Under the pieces are notes generated by a model. That model ran no database searches. It saw nothing but the letters and a program-made list of their open reading frames with translations, and had not been told where the DNA came from. DNA of 64,000 nucleotides, from contig MU054212.1 in the NCBI GenBank assembly GCA_013239625.1, forward strand, positions 3,873,922-3,937,921, in the 5' to 3' direction. The position numbers and the translations under genes were made by a program. Position 1 is the stretch's first letter. Each line of letters opens with the position of its first letter. The DNA comes from Lama guanicoe. Lineage: Eukaryota. Positions 28,966-42,172 of this stretch are shown here, one piece after another.

Positions 28966-31900
28966 AGGTCATCCATACTTTTAAAACATTTAAAAATAAA
29001 GCATATGAAATGCTTGGAAAATTAAACACACTATAAGTTACAATACTAAGTATGAATTTTGAATTAATTTAATAATTAAAATTCTAAAACTGTACAAAAT
29101 ATAATTATTACTTATATTTCTGGGTAATCAAAAAGTATTTTGAAAACAATTAATTTCTGCTACATACAGTCCTCTCTAGTAATTTAGTAAATTATATGTC
29201 CAGAAAAACCAATTTAATTTTAAAGAATTTGTTTCTAAAAACGTATATAAATTTAACATAGTATAGACACTGTAACTTTGAAAAACACACACAAAGTTGA
29301 CTATTAATTTCCATCAAGAATAAAACTTTGTAAACTTTAAAATTCATTAGAAAGAAAGGTAAAAAACAAAAGAAGAAAGAGAAGGGGAGGGGAAAAAAAG
29401 AGTGAAGCTGAAATAAACTGAGAAAACAAACAAAATTAATCAGTCTCTGGCACCTGACAAGAACATAAAGATAAAATTGATACATACCTTCTATTGTATT
29501 AAATAAGGAAAACTATGAGCAAAATATACAAGCAAATTAAATTGAAAGAATAATAAAAGTAACATCTGCATAGAATTTTCACTTGGGATAAACACCGTGA
29601 TTCAAAAGCAATGATCAGGTAACTGTGGGGATTCAGTAGGGAAGGGGACATTTTGAGGTTCACGCCATGTGCGGGCGAGTACTTGGTCGGTGAGAAGATT
29701 GGGGGGAGATGCTATGTGGACATTTGGGTCTACGCAAGTCTTAGCAAAATAGGAAATAAGAAAAACAAGAAAAGCTTCCAGGAAGTTTTTACAGAAAGTC
29801 ATCAAAGAGCATTCAAATATAATTTTAACTGCTGTGACTTAATTGATTGACCTGTTTAATCAAAAAAATGCCTTCATGTTTTTAACACTATAAAAAAGTT
29901 CAGCTAGGAGTATCGATAGCACACCTGTACCTGATTCTCGGTGTTCTGGCTGGGAAACACTGACCTATTATGCCATCCTGCTGAAACAGTAAGGGCTAGG
30001 TTGGCACTGCCTGTGGTGACCAATACTTCCAGCTCTTCTCCCCTTCCTAGACATGCAGAAAGTCAGCGGGCTGCCCTGGGGAGTCACCTGTCGCCACAGT
30101 AGACGTTGCATGAAGGAGAAATTGACACATGTTTGTGTTGGGCACAGAAGACCGGCGGTAATTGTTACTGCAGCACATCCTAGCCTACTGTGCATGAGAG
30201 GGCCTCAACGTGAGTGACCTAAAACCCTCTCAAAGCAGTAGAATTAGGATGAAGTGTCTATGAAAGGAAATAAGTCAGAATCAAACTTATTGGAGATCAA
30301 ATGAATAAAACCAAAATATTTCTTATTCCTAAAAGTCTTGGCATTTCCCTGCCAAATGAAAAAGGCTTTATTATAATGTCCTCTAAAATGTTATGAAATC
30401 TATTGGAGAAGCTGTTGTTTCATTTCCTTTCCAGGGAAAATCATGTAATATTTAACGAACATCTGTACATAAGCTGCCACAAATAAAAGAGAGGAATAAA
30501 GAGCTATGATGTTCCTCTTTGATATGAAAGTGAAAAAAAATCAAAACAAGCAGAGGGGATGATAATGATTATGACACTGAAAATATGAAATTTAGATTTT
30601 CAGTTGTCTGACTGTATGCTATGCATACAATTTTATGTATTAAACTTTTGGAAAAGCTGTAAGATTATTACATTCTTCTGTGTATGCATTCTAATAACTC
30701 AAAAAATTTTAAGCTATTCTTCACTTCATTGATATTCTTCCTCCAGGCATCTCTATGCCATGAAATTCAATGAAAACCCTTTCTTTTGAAAGAATCAAGC
30801 TAAAAATATATAAAATTATCAGTGTTCAGGAAGAATTATTATTATTATTATTATTTTTTTTTTGCAGAATGTGCCCATTAACAAATTACACTGAAATATC
30901 ACTACCTCTAGTCAATGACTCTGACAGAACACAGGTTGTGTGGAAGCTCTTTTTCCCAACTATATGGTTATTAGTCTCTGAAATTTGATGCAATTTAGTT
31001 AGCTTCATATTTCAGGCTACTTAATGTCAACAAAGAAGGAATCTTAATTCCTAATTTTTGCACCAGGTTTTTGTTAACCTTTTAAGAAAACAAGAGTTTT
31101 CATAATAAAGTTGACTGATAAAAGAACGTCCTGCTAATTGGAGTTTTCAAAACCACCACCAGAAAAGGAAAAACCAAACCAAAACTAAACTAATCTTGTG
31201 TCTAAATCAATTTTCACAACGTGGCCTCAGAATGGGCCACAGAGACCAGAAAAAGGGACTGTCTCCCCACAATGCTCAACTTACTAAGACATGGGAACAC
31301 CAAGGAACAAGAGGATTTTGTACATTTTATGAAATTTGAATGAAAGAAAGAGGGACACAGAATACAATGTTCATTAAACAAGTTAGCCCTACTGCTATGA
31401 CAAGCTATCGCATCAATGGAAATTAAAGTCTATGGAACTATTTAACTACTAAATCCCAAACCATCTGTTGATAGTAAAGTTACAAAACAAACAGGGTAAG
31501 ATTTTATCCTAAACACTTAAACAATTTAAGAAATATTTATGGCTATTAGGAGACAAAGATCATTGTCCTACACAAAGAAATAACAATGCATATAAAAGTC
31601 CTCTTGAAAATTTACCATAATACATAACTCATAATTTAAAAGCTGAATTTCCAATTATTACTGCCAAATCCCCCCAAAAGATACATTGGTTCATTGGCTA
31701 CTGGAAAGAACTTTGCAAGTAGCAAAGTTGGACTTTCTACAGAAAGCAAACTATAAAAATTTTATAGAGGCAATACCAAAATCCACGATATGAAATGCTT
31801 TATTTTTAAAGGCTGTCTACGTTTTCTGAACATGAATAATATGATGCGTAGTAAGAATTTTAATATACGTAGGATTCCATAAAAATTTCGTCAATGTTAC

Positions 31901-34900
31901 TACTTCTTTCATGGAGCCAATGAAGTTGTTGAAAGTAATTACATAAAATCCCTAAGTTGCCGATGAAACTTAAGCAGTAAAAGCAATGAACACATTCTAA
32001 TATAAATTCAATTAATGGATGATTACTTGATAAACATCACCATATAAACTGAGGAGAGACATGGCCTCCCAGTGTGGTGTTTTGTTTTCTCAGTACACCA
32101 CTTTCCAACTTTTTGAAGAATCATTGTATAAACCCTAAAAAGCTGCTCTGGTGGCGTGAAAGTATTCTTCCAACAACCTAAAGGATATTATTTCTTTGTT
32201 CTAGTTCAACTCACCACATAGCATTACAAGAAAAACAAGGGTAAGTAATCAATGACATACAATAAAAAATGGGCTATGTTTTTAATGCATCAATTTAACA
32301 GTAGTAGAGAGCTGTTTAAAAATTATTTGAGTTTACACAATGGATAAAAACTTGACTAATACTCTTTTAAATGTCAATTACTTATTTATATTTAGAAATT
32401 ACATTTTATGCATACTAAATTTTTATCATAGGTATCCAGAACTGCAGTCATTTCAAAATGCTGTCATTGGTTTAAAAATAACCAAATCAAAACCAAAAAC
32501 AAAAAAACCCCAAAAAACAAAAAATCCTCTTCAAAAATGTTCCTTCCCTCTATTCACAGCCCGAAATGAGCATCCACCTCTTTGAACACACCAACTCAGC
32601 CAATCTGAATATCTGAGCAAAACTCCGTTGCTTCGAATGACAATAAGACTTCTGCTCTTTAATAGGTTGACACTTCCTCTTGGAGAAATGGTAACACTTC
32701 TGTTTCACCATTTTCATTACTTATTTCAAAGTGCATGGTCACACACTGTAGTGTTATGGCCTATTATGGCCACCTCATGGATGCACCACCCTGTGACTTA
32801 TCTAAAAGCATCTTAGGTGCATGAGGGTTCCGCCTTAGGCGCATTATTCTTACTCCCACTCTTTCAAATGACACTACAGCACTTAGCTCAGCTCTTAGGT
32901 ATACTAATGAAGCATTAAAGATACGTATCTTTAAATTTCACAGAGATAAAAGATTTTTGCACATCTGATTGACCCTGAAAGTACACAGACATGTATTAAA
33001 GGATCTTCATTACATTAACCAATGTGATGTCAAAGCAAGTATCCTGTGTACACACTCTTTACTCCCGGCTTACCAATTCTGAGTGCATATGTATTAGTTA
33101 CAATAAACCAAGTTAGGCTGAAGCAATATCCTTATCCTGTCCTGATAAGCAGATGCAATAAGCAGACTCGCCAGAATTACATCTTCTTGTCTAAAAGCCT
33201 CAGCAATACTTATGTTCTAGAATAATATATTAAAAGCCCTATTTTAAAAAATTTTTAACTGAGTAGACATTTGACTTCCAGAGGCATAAAAATGAATTAA
33301 AACAGGAGTTGTAAATAATTGAGAAAAAGACAGGAAACCACACACCTAAACAGGAAGGAGGACGATACTATTAAGTGGGAATTTTTCATCTTTATAAAAA
33401 AACTTTTTTTTTCTAAAAAAGGAAGGATATGAAAACCAAGAACAAACAGAGATACAAGGTATCAAGGAGAATTCTAGTTGTTTGTCAAGGGGTTTTTAGG
33501 ACATACTGTATGGGAGGGAGTTTTAGGGACTAAAGTCTCTTACTGCAAAAAGCACTAGGCTGAAACCCACTAGGCTGGAAGAAGAAATGTCAACACAGGC
33601 ACAAATGAAAGATCTAATCACTGATGCACGTGGTTCACAGGATTCAGGGGCAGTGTGAGTGTGTACATGCATATCTGACAGCAGGGTTCAGTGTTCGAAT
33701 GTAAATGCCACTCTAGTTTTTATAAAAAGGCTTACCATTACCCCTTTTCCTGAGCCCATGGGTTAGATCTATTAATATGAGGAAGAGCATGATTGGCACT
33801 TTTTCAACATGGGGATTATTCAAAAATACACAGTGTAATATGCAAGATGTGATGTTAAAGAAATGGGATTGATTCTGCAAGTCACACAGAAAAATCAGAT
33901 TCATTACATAACAAGCACGTCTTGAATAAAATTATCGTCCAACCAACAGGGGCACTAAATATGCACTTTAATTTGGAGTACAGTACAGAAGTAACTTCAC
34001 TTTCTAATGAGATGAATTATTAATAAAGCTAAAAGATACTAAAAAAAACCAATGCTTGTATAAAGGCCAACTCTAATCTCATGTATTCCATAGGCAATCT
34101 TCACTAAAACACTATTGTTTTATACTCAGTGGAACCCATACCTTCAACTAGTCTGACACAAGACTAGTTTGAACAAGAAGGAACGGCACTGATGATGAGA
34201 TGTTTTTCTCTTTTATCATTTTGTTCTTGTTTGGTGCAAAAAATAAAAAGAACAGAGGACTACAAGCCAATAAACTCAGTTCTGGTTGTGGTTCCACCAA
34301 TGCCTTTTCAATAATCCTCGAAACAGCATCGATCTTCATTGCTTCTGCTGTCATATGAGAAAGTGTCACTCAAGACTGCTAATATCTTTTACAGCACTAA
34401 ACTATGCACACACACAGTCTAAAATTTGATAGCATAACAAGTCCCTGAGGGAATATTACCACTGAAGGTTGGATTTGGGGATTTGAGTGTTTTTTTTTGT
34501 TTGTTTTTTGGTTTTTTTTGGTTATTTTGTTTTAACTGTTGTTGAGCAAGTTTTAAGTAAAACATGACGACTTCTCTGGGACAAAAAGCGAAGGACAAAG
34601 CCTACAGGAAATACACTGGCTTTAAATGTTTTTTTTCTAGTTCTGAAAACCTATAAATTCCAAAGCAAAGTTAAAATCCAAGTATCACACTTCATAGAAT
34701 TATGGACGAAAGGGCAGCAATAAGCGATCAAAATCCTCACAATTATTCAATGGCCACTCTTTCTTTCAACAGGTTAACCAATTACACTGGCATTAATGGA
34801 CTGTCATTTATAATCTACTTGCTTTCCTTTTGCTAGAATTTGTATGTCATCACAAAAGTAAAAGAAGCTGAAGTTATTCTGTTTGAAACATAACCTTCCT

Positions 34901-36682
34901 CCAATAGACCAGTCCCCTTCTTTGCACGAAACAGATTTCAGTCATTTAGGCACGCAGGTGTCACGAAGATCAAAGGATACTACCTGTATGTCAAGTTCCA
35001 GATTCTGCACCTCATCTCCTTAAAAAAATAACAGATGTCGATGAGAAAAAGGAAAAGTCGAATGTCTTTACGAGACATTTCTTTAGAACAAGTCTTTAGA
35101 ACTATTTAGTAACGAATACAAAATTGAAAAATACAAAACTCTGGAAAATAAAAATATAAAAAATATGCATTTGAAAAGAGATATGCATTTGAGACAACAG
35201 AAGGTACAATCCATAATTTGTCCTAAATTTGCAATTTTGATGGCATAAATGCTCCTCAGGAAAGATAAACTGAGGACCTATGAAGCTCCTTGGGAGACAC
35301 ATGACAAGAAAACTCATATGACAATTTCTGGATGAAGTCACGACAGAATAGGTGCTCCTTTCACTTTTACATGACATCTTTTCTTTTAAAAGTTTCTAAT
35401 AAAATAAAGTCAATATTTGTTATAAAGGAGACATTCTCTATTCAGTTCTTATCATAACGGCCATACAAAAACATTCCGCTGCAAGTTTTGGTTTCTAATG
35501 AGTAGCATTCTTTTGTTTTTTCAGGTTCATAGTCATTTTCTGTAAACAGCCTATTTTATATGCACACACTATCTTTTGATAATTCTTTCATGGATTACAG
35601 TTTAGCCTTTAAAACAAGCAACTATGTTGAATATCTTACTGTTCTTCTAGGTGGTTTCAAATCCCCTGATGTTTGGCAAATTTTTACAAAATTAATGAGG
35701 TTAACCTTCATTTCTCAGACTTGCAGAGTTTAAAACTTCATGTTACCCAGACCTCTTAGTCAAAGATGACTCATAGTCAAGGACTTTTACATTTGACTTT
35801 ATTTTTCAGGAAAATCTACTAAACACAAAGTGTATCTTAAATGAGAGAGAAGCATGTGACACTTCCTTGATCTTAAACACATTTGGGCAACTAAATACAG
35901 GTTAATTCCACTTAAAATAAATTAGACTTGTAAAAGTAAAGACATCTGAGCTAAAATGTGAAGGGACATCAATGAGGTTTTCACTTTATAAAGTTCCTTT
36001 TCATAGTTGCATGGTATTCTGCCTTCTTGCTCCTTTCCAGGCCTGAATGTGTCTGTCTTCCTAGAAGGAGGGACCTGAAATACCAATGTGAACACGGCAA
36101 ACATTCTATCATCGAGGAAGTCACAGGCTCATCCAAAAACTTCCCTGGCAAATTATGTGAATTAAGATGAAGCTCTAGCTAGTGGGCATGAGGGCAATCA
36201 GCACGAGACATTTAAAAGCCGAAGCTGACGTTTAAAAACACGATAAAAGAGAGTTTCATATAAAGTATAAAGTTTGCCACAAAAATATCTGGCTTGGAAA
36301 CTTTTAATTTACTTGCAGTTTGCAGGAAAATATCTACCACATACAGAAAGGGACAAAGAGCGTTTGCTGCAAAGTACCATGTGCTGGATTTGAAGATGTG
36401 CAATTCTCTATGCTTACAACTCTGAGGAAGGCACAGGAGAAATACGGCTTTGAAACACTGCCTCCTTAAACCACCATCCCTGCCCCCAAAGCATATATCT
36501 GCACAGTTTTCTTATGATTATGTTTTAGTTTGATTTTAGAATAACAGAAACTCACAGCATCACTGACTTTTAAAAAAAATATAAAATGTGCTTTGTCCAT
36601 AAGTATTCTCATTTTATGCTATTTTGTTTTCCAATTTAAACAAATCACTGTTAGTGGAAATGAAAAAGGCAATTTCTGTTAC

Positions 36683-36759
36683 CTGAGAGGGAAACACGAT
36701 TCTGCCAGGTTCTTTAATTTCTCCGTGAAGACATACACACAGCTCTTTAATAAAAACAT
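36683..36759 (-). other. CDH2: Putative alternative first exon of CDH2 (homologue of the human isoform-2 N-terminal exon); ATG-to-donor segment is 77 nt and out of frame with exon 3
   Basis: Translates MFLLKSCVYVFTEKLKNLAESCFPL+AG, then CAG|gtaaca donor. Closely resembles the human isoform-2 N-terminus as I recall it (MFLLRRYVCIFTEKLKNQAELYVFLS). Confidence 0.7.
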
Positions 36760-39700
36760 GCTATGGAGTTTTCAGGGCCCATAATTCCTTCTGCTTAGTG
36801 AACAAAGTCATAATAGGTATGTCAGAATGAAAACAGGGATAAAGTTCTTTTGAGCTGACGGAAATGCCTATGTAGCTTTTTGTAAGTGGAATACAGACGT
36901 CAGCAAAACAGAGATCGGGTGGCTCAACAGAGACCATATTACATCTGATTCACTGATCCCTTTCAAATTCTTGCCCCCAACCTCAGCGCAGCACAAAACC
37001 TTCCTGAGCTCTGCCGGTCCTTTTGTCTGCTCGCAAAGCAAAATACAACAGAAGAATAAATTCTTGGGGGGGGGCGGGGGGTGGAGAGCAAAACAGCATT
37101 TCTACTTGGACAAATCTCTCCCTTTCGGTTATCTTAAGATGCGTGTTCTAGCTCGTTTTCTCAGCTAGTCACTCTCCATCACCTGTTACTTAGCAATTTA
37201 TTAGGGAAGGACTATCTGCAGCTCTCCTAGCTTTCTCGAAAGAAGCAACTTGGATGATAGGTCAATAATAAATGTGCTTTGTGTACCCAGTAGCACTCAA
37301 AGTGCTTATAAGGTAATTAAGATTGGTAAGGGGTCATTGGTTTTATGCCCAGAATCGGGTTATGAATCCAAGATTAAATGTCAAAAAGAGTGTATCTGAG
37401 AATACTTGTTAAAAGACAAAATTTCATACTTTTAAGACATGCACTCTATGCTCTAAATGCATCCAGAAGGAGAGATGCTCGAAGTGCCAAGATGCTTACA
37501 AATAATTTTGCTAGTGGGCAGACAGGAGATTCTTGAGTGCTTTTTCTCAGTTTGCGAGAGATGTTAAACATATCGAGAAACTCTGCAAGGTTTAGATCGA
37601 CTTTCCGACATGGAGGTGGAGCCAACTTTCAGCAATGGTTTGTCAGATGCTGTCTTGTTCTTAAACATTCCCCTTTCAACAGTTACCTTTCCAGTTCACT
37701 CTGATGCTGAAGAGTTGCACACAGCGTAAGAATACCGCGGGAATCCGTGAGAAAGTCTATAGAAGTATTTTGGGACAAGGCTGAACTCTGGAGGATTTGG
37801 GGAGGTGAGACTAGGAAGAAAACGGAGTTCTGATAAATAAATGACCCAGAGCAGAAGGAAGAAGACAGATGACATGTCCCAGGAAAGGCAAGGGCCAGCC
37901 ATTGCTTGAAATACAGTTAATGCAGAGAGACAGTGGAAGATACACCTGTATGTTTACTATGGACAAACTGTAGAGCACTTGTAAGAATTTGGGAGACTGA
38001 AGTTTTTGGGGCAGAGGAAGGGCGGGCAGTGTTCTGGGACAAATGACCTAATGTAAACAGGGATGAGAGTGAAAAACAGACTTTTCAGTGACAAGGTCAG
38101 TGCTTGAGCGAGAACTAGGGATCTGGGCCACAGTGACGGCAGCAGGAATCCCCAAGAAGAAAGGTAATCAAAGAAGTGGTGAAGAAGTGATAGCTACTTA
38201 GGTGTGAGGGCGAGGAAAGGCAAGGAAGGAAATGCAGGGTATCAAAAGGATTCCAACAGTTTGAGTCTAGATGACCGTTTAAAAAGAGGGATGCAAATGG
38301 GCTAAATTTGAAGGAGGAAATTTCCATTTTAGGAAAGACTGCTTTCCAGAACTGCTGATTTAATTCAGCATGAAAGAATATACAAATTGTGCATCTTCTG
38401 AGTGCCTGACATGGGGCTCGGTAGAGAGAATTCATCCTGGTATCTTGGAGGGGCTCCTAGTTTGATTACAGAGACAGACACACGAATCGTGTGCTTAGTT
38501 GAAGTCACAGGAATGGGGTGAAATCTTTCAGGGACAGTCACGTCTAATCTAAAATGCTCCTGCTGAGATTATCTTGGTTAGCTGTCTTACTGACAGAAAA
38601 CACGTGATAGCCATCTCATACGCAGACATCTCTTCAAAAAGATAAAAATGAACTGAGTCAAGCTTTTGTCTTTTCCCCCTCCTTATAAACCCTATTCATT
38701 TCTTGACTCCTGGACCTTTGGTAATTTGTGGTTTTTTTCTCCTCTGCACCATATTCTAACTTGCTATTTGCCTTTTTCAAATGTAAACTCACAAAATGAC
38801 ATTCCTTAAGAGCGCCAATGCAGGTGCAAATTATTGCCAAGATAACAACATTTAAGTACCTACTGAATGTAAAGTACTTTTCAGCTTCTGTAACCCAAAG
38901 CTAGGCAGACTTGGCGATTTCTTGTGAGCCTAAAACTCTTTGGAAGTGTTAACAATAACTGAGCAACATACGTCCCATCTCTGGGATTGTACACAGGGTA
39001 GCGGCCTCCATGAGTCGTCCTTTCAGTTCTTAGTCCCTTGCTTAATGCTCTACCAGATTCATGCCTTGGGTCTAATGGGAGAGAATGTCCCTTCATTTCT
39101 CTCCTTTCCGTAGCCATTGAAAGTTGTCTCTGGTGAGTCCACGACCTATACTGCCTGGACCCTCGTGTGAACACACAGTTCTGACATCTGAGGATTCTGG
39201 GGCACGGGACAGGGCAGGAGACATGACGGGATGTCAGGTGCTTGACGTCAGGGCCCACGGGCACAGTGGCACCCTCCACTTGGCTGCTTCATCCCCATGT
39301 TCCTTCCAGTTGGCTCCTGGATGGAGGAGATGGCTGTTGGTATTTCAGTGATTCCCCAGACATGACCATATTGGGTCCCGACGACCACTTCAGCCAGAGT
39401 AGGCAGCAACTCATTATTTCCATTTTCTAAGTGAATTAACTATGGCTCAGGGAGATTAAGCAACCTGCCGTAGGTCCCACAACTGTCAAAGAGAACAAAC
39501 TGCCTTTATTAGGGACCAAATGAACTACAAATAATGATAGGTTTCTAGCTCACATTTAGTTTATGGCTTGTTATAATTACCTATTTTCTGCTCTACCAGT
39601 GCCAAGTCAGGATTTCACAGTCTGTATGCTGTCTTTTGGGGGTTTTTTTGCCAAGTTCTTCTCACCACTAATTTGTATGGATAATTTTCCTCCAGTTCTA

Positions 39701-41879
39701 CTAAATGTTGGGACAAGTGATTCCCTAAAGTTCAGAGTCTTGTGTGACTATGAAACAGATCTTGGTATTTTCCAGTAATACTGCAAACACAAAGGAAGCA
39801 AAGTTAAAGTAAGTCAACACTGATGGGTTGAAGAAAAGGAGGGTATTAGGCGACCAATGAGTCAATGTCTTCTAAACTGCATTCTGCTGATGACGCATGC
39901 TTAAATATCGGCCATGACTGACCGACAATGCCCAAAATAGAAGCAACTCCCTTCGTGACTAATTGGACACAAATAAAAGTTGCAAATAGTTTTTATTATG
40001 ATAACAGCTTAAAATGGTGCTACCAACAAGTAAGTATCTATCTATTTTCTTAGCTGGAGCCAATGATGCTTATTAAAAGCTGACTGGAGCTAAGATGCTG
40101 CTCTTTAGCAAAGGGAACCGTATCAGCTGTACATCTGATCAAGATAACACAGGACCAATCTCCCACTGCTTTACGGCACTTTAACAGTTACAAAGCTGCC
40201 TTCAAGTAAGGAGAGGGTAAACTGGGATTTCCGATGCGGCAGTCCTCCAAAAACTCTACACCAATGGGGCGAGGGCCACATCAGCATGTCAGCAAAACAA
40301 TTAACTCACTTCCAAGAAGCTAAAATGCCACGAGGAACGGAGCATGCCTAATTTTCTGAGGTCAGTGCCCTGATCAACGCTATGTTCCTATGATCTGCAT
40401 TCAACACGAGAAGTCTCCGCTTGCCTCCTGTTAACAGAAGTGTCAGGAACAAGACTATCCACAGGTCGCAAGACTGATAACAGCTTGAAAAACATCTGAT
40501 GCAGGAAATACAGGAAACAGTATAAAGTAGAAGCTGAAATGACACAGTCTAGCCGAGCTTTGAAGCAGAACTGTGCAAATCTTCACCACTGTAAATATCG
40601 CCCTACTAAGTGCAACACTATTAAACACAGGACACCAAGATGGGTAATTCCAGTCCCGGCCTTCCAGAGACTCACAGGAGAGTGAAAGAAAAACAGATAC
40701 CAAGGATTCTAGCTCATTCTTCTCATCCTGAAAGATCTGTGATCCACTGATTCAGTGATTACGCCGAACATACCACATCCACCATCTCATTTAACCAGAA
40801 GAACAAGTCTAAAAGGTGAATGCTATTTTAGAGATGAAAAGGAAAAAGAGTCACGGGGAGATAAAGTACCAGGTCCCAGGTCACACAGTGGTGGAACTTA
40901 GCATTTGAGCATGGTTATGTGATTCTAAAGCCTGTTTTGATTTTTCAAAAATATCTCACTGCCATTCAGTTTTGGGACGGAAGTCCACAGTAAGCACAAA
41001 ACATAAGCCATGAATCACTATATTTATGAATAAGATTATCTTTCCCTTAGAAACCACACTAGATTATACATTTATAAAGTAATGAACTCTTTATCATTTG
41101 ATAGATTCTTGAAATAATCTCTTCTAATGGGCATGTCTGGAAAAGTGGTTTCCTGAAGTGAAAACCTGTTAAAATGCGGTCTCCATTGGCACCTGGGTTT
41201 CACATATACTTTGGACTTTTCTTTAAAAAAAAGAAAACCGCAATTCATTTAATTCCTTACTGGAATCACACGCCGAGTTTTATATGAAATAAGAAGAGTG
41301 GCTTTCTACTGAGTACTTTCTGCTTTAATCAGAGCCTGAATCAGCCCCAAGACTCACCAGGCCAAGTGAAAAAAATGGACAGTCAGCAGGCATCTGTGTG
41401 TTTTCAATGGATGAGTGTCCATGACGACAGGGGAAAAATGCCACAGCAGTGCAAGCAACACTGTTAGCAGGCTCAAAGAGATTGGGAAGCGAAGTAGCCT
41501 ACAGATCCGTCCACCTCTTTCCCTTCCTTCTTAGAGATGAATCATTCCCAACAGAATTACGTAGCATGGCAGAAACAAGGACCCACCTCTGCATCACTTT
41601 TGCACCTATTCCTGAACTCACGGAGGGAGCGCTTCTGAGCTAAGTGCTGCCCATCGAGTGCTTTTCAACAATCCTACACTTTATAACTTTTCTTATAATG
41701 CACACCCAAATCACAAATTCCCAATGACAGGAAGAATGGCTGAAATAAGTGAAAATGTAAATTTATTTTCTAAACAGGAATACACAAAGGTGTACCGTCT
41801 TATCAAAATGCTTCTAGTAAATTACTTTTAGCATTTTACTCTGATTTAATTTAAATATAATTTTTCTTTCATTAGCCTC

Positions 41880-42172
41880 ACTGAGGTCTAACTGATGAAT
41901 AAAATCGTGAGATATTTAAAGTATGCATCATGAGGATCTGATATACATATACATTGTGAAAAGTTTCCTCTTATCCAGTTTTTTAACACAACTGTCACCT
42001 CATATATTTTTATATATATACCTTTTTTTTTCTTTTTTTGATGAGGACCTTTAAGTTCTGCTCTCTCAGTATACAATTATTCAGTTCAATTCTGGGTGAC
42101 AGTGTTATCAACTAGAGCCACCATATTATACTGTAAATCCTCAGACCTTATTCATCTTATAGATGAAAGTTT
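41880..42172 (-). mobile_element. LINE-1 3'UTR fragment (L1MA-like)
   Basis: gatatacatatacattgtgaaa...gaccttattcatcttatagatgaaagttt matches the reverse of an L1 3'UTR. Confidence 0.75.

Noticed and set aside
38881..39279. 132-aa minus-strand ORF
   Set aside because: GTG start, no family similarity and no supporting exon structure.
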